64,000 nucleotides of DNA, from the NCBI GenBank assembly GCA_964016885.1, contig OZ024742.1, forward strand, positions 52,018,001 to 52,082,000. The letters are read 5' to 3'. Positions 58,115 to 64,000 of the stretch are shown in pieces. Position 1 is the stretch's first letter. Each line of letters starts with the position of its first letter. The position numbers were made by a program, and so were the translations under genes. The notes under the pieces are model-generated. The model did no database searches. It was not told where the DNA came from and worked only from the letters and a program-made list of their open reading frames with translations. This stretch comes from Eledone cirrhosa (taxonomy: Eukaryota).

Positions 58115-59427
58115 TCTATTCTAGGGCGGGTAAAATTCCCGAGATCCATGGACGAGTTCTCTCCAGCGGTCTCTGTCGCTCATTATCGCTGCGATGTCCT
58201 GCGTCTCCAACAGACCAGTGTCTGTCCTTAGGGCATCAACATACGTTAACTTTGGTCTTCCTCTTCCAGTGTATCCATGTAGGGGCTCCCACAGGAGCAC
58301 TGAGTGCAAAGCCAACTCTGGATGTCGGTGAGCATGTCCAGCTAACCTCAGTCGCCTCTGTGTCACTTTTGAGCTGGATTTTGGGAGGCTCCTTTACAGC
58401 TCTGAGGTTTTCATCCTCAGTGTATACTTTTCAGAGCCATCCTCAGCATTCTCGTGTAGCACCCCTCCACCATCTTAGTGAGTTTATTGGTCGGTGTCCA
58501 AATCTGAGACTCGTACAGCAGCACAGACTCCACTACAGCAATGAAGAGGCAGATTTTCAGGTCTTTACGAAGGTCCGACTTCCACACCGATCTCAAGCTG
58601 TGGCACGCCGCCCAAGTTTTGCTCTTCCTCTCAACCACATCATCTTCCGTATTCACAATCTTTGCTCCCAAATACAGGAAGTCCTCAACCAATTCTAGCG
58701 GCTTCCCGCCTACATTAGTGATCCCCTCTGGCTGCTCAACATTCTCTACTAGATATTTTCTTTTAGTCTCATTCATTCTCAGCCCCACACTCATCGACAC
58801 AGTCTCAACCTCCTGCATCAAATCCTCTGCCTCCTTCACTGTATTTGTCACCAAAACTATGTCGTCAGCAAATTCAGCATACGATAACTTTTTCGCCTTA
58901 ACTCTCCTGCTCTGAATCAGTGGAGGATCAGTAACATCGTCCCAGTGCCAAAGAAGGGAGATCTCTCTAACACTAAAAAACTACAGGGGAATCTCACTGA
59001 CGTCACTTGTGGCAAAGACCCTCAACAGGATAATTCTTAACAGGATACAGCCTGAGATGGAGGGGAAGCTTAGGCACAACCTGAACGGCTTCAGAGAGGG
59101 AGATCAACCACCAGTCACATCTGAGGAGGATATTAGAGGGAGCTAGAGCAAAGTGCCTTCCTGCGGTAATGGTTTTCATTGACTTTAGGAAGGCTTTTGA
59201 TTCTGTGATCCCTTACTGCCTGATGAAGATCTTATAGGCTTATGGGATCCGCAAGAAGATAGTGGACCTGATATCACTGCTCTACACCAACACCAAAGCC
59301 CAGGGTCATTACACCTGAAGGGATGACAGAGTTCTTTGAGATACTGGCTGGAGTGATCCAGGGAGATACATTGGCTCCCTACCTTTTTATCTTCGTAATC
59401 GATTATTGTATGCGCCTTGCACTGGAG
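58115..59427 (-). mobile_element. RTE-superfamily LINE with a 5' inversion
   Basis: Minus 58121-58914: SRRVKAKKLSYAEFADD...FLYLG...RRLRLAGH...GRP. Plus 58915-59427: VPVPKKGD..YRGISL...FIDFRKAFDSV...GVIQGDTLAPYLF. Candidate TSD aatatatatat at 58104 and 59428. Confidence 0.88.
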
Positions 59428-60076
59428 AATATATATATGTATATATATATATATTTGTATATACATGTGTGTACATATAAATACTTATATAAGCATACAT
59501 ATATGTATAGGGCTTTTATGTACATACATATATATACGAGTGTGTTTGTGTTTGTGCATGTGCATATATCACTCTATGCACTTATTATTATGTTATTTGC
59601 ATTCATAACGTTCAATAAAGTTGTTTTGTTCATATATTTTTTATTGATATATTTTCTGTTTTCAACTAACGATTTGCTTTTATATATGACAGAAATAAAT
59701 ATGTTTCATGTTTTGATAGCACACCGTGTTAGGAACAACAGTGTGATTTGTGAAGGAAAGGTAAACACAACTGCCTTTGCATTAAAGTTTAATAAACAAC
59801 AACAAACATATTAAATGCAATAATAGCTTTAGAAGCTAAAAGGCAAACAAGGGGGGGGGGGGGGGAATCAAAATGAGTACATACTTAAATAAGAAAATAC
59901 TAAAATTGAATGGTGAAAGGAAAAAGAAAAAAGTGCATAATTGAAGCAAAGAAAATACCTATAGGAAGAGTATTTAGGTATAGTGTATATATATATTTAT
60001 ATTTATATATATATGTGTGTGTGTGTGGGCACATATATATATATACATATTTATATGCATGTATATGTATATACAT

Positions 60077-60177
<101 letters not shown>

Positions 60178-60184
60178 CATTATA

Positions 60185-60251
<67 letters not shown>

Positions 60252-60254
<3 letters not shown>

Positions 60255-60830
60255 CGTTTCTGAATTTGTTTAGCAAGATTTTGTATCTGAAAACGTGTGT
60301 TGAAACTGATATTGTTATGCTTTGGGAGGATCTTGTTGCCGATAAGAAACACACGCACCAGTTGCTTTCACTTTAATTTATTATAAGTTAAATTTATAAA
60401 TTTAGGAATTTATAAATTTCCGGTTGGTTGATTGGTTCCACAACCAGACGATTGGTCATATATTGTCAAAGTTCTTTCGTCACACATTCTGTGACCTCTT
60501 CAGTGACTGGGGATTCATTTCTTTGTTTTTGTGCCTCTCCTTTGTTCTGTCCTACGCCATCTTGTTTTGACGACGACAATGATGAAAAAACAAGATGGCG
60601 TAGGACAGAACAAAGGAGAGGCACAAAACAAAGAAAATAATCCCCAGTCACTGAAGTGGTCACATAATGTGTGACGAAAGAACTTTGACAATATATGAAC
60701 AATCGTCTGGTTGTGGAACCAATCAACCAACCGGAAATTTATAAATTCCTAAATTTATAATAGAATGAAGTGAAAGCATCTGGTGCGTGTGTTTCTTATT
60801 GGCAACATGACCCTCCCAAAACATAACAAT
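60252..60830. mobile_element. Fold-back F2 with ~260-bp arms and a hammerhead on each strand
   Basis: 60309-60568 is the reverse complement of 60587-60830. HHRs lie at 60465-60507 (minus) and 60647-60689 (plus). Confidence 0.88.
60465..60507 (-). ncRNA. Type I hammerhead ribozyme
   Basis: gtca CTGAAGA g-gtcac-agaatgt-gtgac GAAA gaac TT tgac. The mirror copy on plus has A9 changed to T. Confidence 0.8.
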
Positions 60831-60845
60831 ATATATATATATATA

Positions 60846-61484
60846 TAACGAAGGAAATGCGGTAAGGAACCAGGTGGACCATAACGCACCAAAGTACTCA
60901 ATACTTAGGGTAGTAGAGTGGGTAATAGGAACGAGTAGGACCCCGACGGCTGAGCTCAAGCCGTTTCGACGGCTAATTCTGGACTAAATGAAAATGTTTA
61001 TCCTGGTATATGAATAGCCGAGCTTCTCAGGGGGTAATTCCATATATGGTAAAAGTGATTGTCACAAGGATTGGTCAAAAGTTTGTTGTTGAGACATAAT
61101 AATTCTATCATGGCAAATTGTGGAGGGAAAGGGTAGCTGAACCTGCCAGTAGAAGAAAGAGGGAGAGGGGGTGGAGGAAACCCAGTCATGCGTTGATAGT
61201 GCCAACTACAGCTTGGCAGGAGGTCAAAGAAGATACTAGGGAGGGGTAGGAAGTCGAAACATTAAGTAAAACAATATGGGGGTAAATATAATATATTTTG
61301 CCATGATAGAATTATCATGTCTCAACAACAAACTTTTGACCAATCCTTGAGACAAATACTTTTACCATATATGGAATTACCCCCTGAGAAGCTCGGCTAT
61401 TCATATACCAGGATAAAAATTATCATTTAGTCCAGGATTAGCCGTTGAAACGGCTTGAGCTCAGCCGTCGGGGTCCTACGCGTT

Positions 61485-61487
<3 letters not shown>
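60846..61487. mobile_element. Longest F1 fold-back, with complete variant hammerheads on both strands
   Basis: 60926-61116 is the reverse complement of 61297-61487, with a ~180-bp spacer and (TA)n flanks. Confidence 0.85.
61379..61474 (+). ncRNA. Type I hammerhead with a long stem III, a large loop II and a variant core; mirror copy at 60940-61035 (minus)
   Basis: acccc CTGAGAA gct-cggcta-[~39 nt]-tagccg-tt GAAA cggct-tgagctc-agccg TC ggggt. Confidence 0.7.
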
Positions 61488-61524
<37 letters not shown>

Positions 61525-62009
61525 CATACATACATACATACATACATACATACATACATACATACATACATACATACATACATACATACATACATACTTA
61601 TGCCCTCCCATACATATAGATATGTATTTATTTCTATATGTGTTTGTTTGCGCGTGTGCGCATGCATAAAACAAAAATATATAAAACGCATGTTGAGGTT
61701 TTTTAAAAGTTTCAATTGGTGCGTCAATGGTAAAAAGGCAAAATGTAAATAAATATATATTCATTAGATCTGAGTTGAAAGAATTGTGATGACATGGTAC
61801 GAAGTGGGCGGGCACTGCGGGTGGTGTTTGAGGGTGTACATAATTTAGGGCACGTGAGCACTAAACAAATATATGCTAAGATAAATCGGTAAGAATAATA
61901 ATGGTAAAGTCTTCCATAAGCATTATATTCCTATTGCTACTTTTTAGTGATGTTGTTGATGTTGATGTTGATGTTTGACGTTAATAAAATGCGAAGAAAT
62001 ATATAATTT

Positions 62010-62245
62010 CATGATGATGATTAGCAGTAGATGAGGATGATAGTGATGCTGATGATGACGACGTTGATAATGACAATGATGGTGATGATGATGACAACGA
62101 TGATGATGATGATGACGATATTAATGATGACGATGATGACGATGATGACGATGATGATGACGATGATGATGACGATAATGGTGATGGTGATGACGATGAC
62201 GATGATGATGATGGTGACGATGATGGCGATGATGATGATGATGAA
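62010..62245. repeat. Degenerate (GAT)n microsatellite
   Basis: Directly visible. Confidence 0.9.
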
Positions 62246-62567
62246 GATATTATTGGAGGTCAGTGATGGAGTTCTGTAGTGTTTCTGAAGACTGTTACAG
62301 ATAGAGTAAGGAGTGAAAATTATTTGAAAATAATGATAACCGTGGCAAAAGTGGTACACATTGCATTTTTTAAATTTGCTTCGTCTTAGTCGATGTTGCT
62401 GACGATGTTGTTGGCGTTATTTCTGTTGTTTTCTATGTGCCTCTTCTTTATTTTACAATATTCTGAATGTGTTGTAATAATAACTTTGGTGTAAACAAGA
62501 TTGCCAGCAAAACAACACAATCCGTAAGGAATATTGCCAATAAATCTGATAATAATGTGGTTGGTGA

Positions 62568-62725
62568 AGATGATGATGATGATGATGATGATGATGAGAA
62601 GAAGAAGAAGAAGAAGAAGAAGAAGAAGAAGAAGAAGAAGAAGAAGAAGAAGAAGAAGAAGAAGAAGAAGAAGAAGAAGAAGAAGAAGAAGAAGAAGAAG
62701 AAGAAGAAGAAGAAGAAGAAGAAGA
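62568..62725. repeat. (GAT)n(GAA)n microsatellite
   Basis: Directly visible; it produces the poly-K, poly-R and poly-F ORFs. Confidence 0.95.
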
Positions 62726-63508
62726 AAAAATACAATAAAGAGTAAAGTATTAAGTGATGTTTTGATGTTGCTGATTATGATAATAATAATAATAATAAAT
62801 AAATAATAATAATAATGATAATAATAATAGTGGTGATGATGATGATTATGATTATGATGTTGAGGAGAGGCGAAAGCGGAAAAACTTTGATCTCAAGTAC
62901 CTTTTCAAACCTCATTGAAAATATATTCAAAATCTATAAGAGTTTGTACAAAAATGATAAATAAACTCAAAATGCTGCGTAGAAGATGAATCAAAAGATG
63001 AAAAAGGAAAGAAAATAAATTCATTTGGTACAGCTTTCTAGAAAACAGTGTAGACTTGGCAGTGAACCTTTACTATTTGTATATTTTAAGATTTAACCAA
63101 TTTGGAAACAAACAAATATACAAACCACTATGGGAAAATTGACTTTCAAAATGAAATCTTTCATTTAATATTTATGTATGGGTTAGTTTCTTCTTTTATG
63201 TTTCATTCTTAGCTCTTTCAGCCTTTTCAGATGTATATATTCAAGTATATCGTATGCGTACATTGGAGGACAGAAGTATATATAAACAAAATTAGCCAAG
63301 AGCGGTTAGAAGGAATCTGAAGAGGGTATTTTCGTCGCTCTAGTTCTATATATCTTTTACGTTCTTCAACATTCCCCAGTGATTTATCATTCTTATTTTT
63401 TCATGTCACTTTAAAACTCTATCATTCCCATTCCCTCTTCTCTTATAACTCTCTTTCTCTCTCTCTCCCTCTTCTCTTATAACTCTCTTCCCCCCCCCTC
63501 TCTCTCTG

Positions 63509-63541
<33 letters not shown>

Positions 63542-63761
63542 CTCTCTCTAATTGTTCTTCCGATCATAGGAGGTTATATTTTAACCCAAATCCTAGCTAT
63601 TCACCATAGCAGCTGGTTGTTTCGCTGCTATCTCCATGTTTGAGATTCCTAGAATTTTTTTGAAAATAATTTACACACTTACCGCTTCAATTCATTTCTT
63701 ATCATGTTTACACACACACACACGCCCCCCCCCCCACACACACACGCGCGCACACACCACA

Positions 63762-63846
<85 letters not shown>

Positions 63847-64000
63847 ACGTACCGGTTTTCCTTGTTGATTTTTAACACACACAACCGCAGATGTATGTGT
63901 GAAAAATCAACAGAGCAAACCGATACGAGAAAACGATACAATAAAACGATATTTTATTTTAATGCTAGATACGATAGGAAAAACTTCTTAACGTCTTTTA

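Noticed and set aside
62448-62806. Poly-K, poly-R and poly-F ORFs
   Set aside because: These are translations of a (GAA)n microsatellite.

Overview
This window is AT-rich, microsatellite-dense eukaryotic DNA with no supportable host protein-coding gene. The tRNA-derived SINEs and repeat landscape resemble an octopus (cephalopod) genome; this is an inference. Nearly everything recognisable is mobile DNA: two decayed Penelope-like elements (RT plus C-terminal GIY-YIG), CRE-, L1/Tx1- and RTE-clade LINE fragments (one with a 5' inversion), several Helitrons, a probable solo LTR, a MITE and many SINEs. The most notable signal is about 14 fold-back (head-to-head inverted) insertions, mostly ending in (TA)n tracts, many carrying hammerhead ribozyme (HHR) motifs. 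Three non-coding families also look copied from circular or concatemeric templates, with units of 310, ~515 and ~558 bp. The 310-bp array has six nearly identical intact hammerheads and is a strong retrozyme/circRNA candidate. All coordinates were counted by eye and may be off by a few bases.
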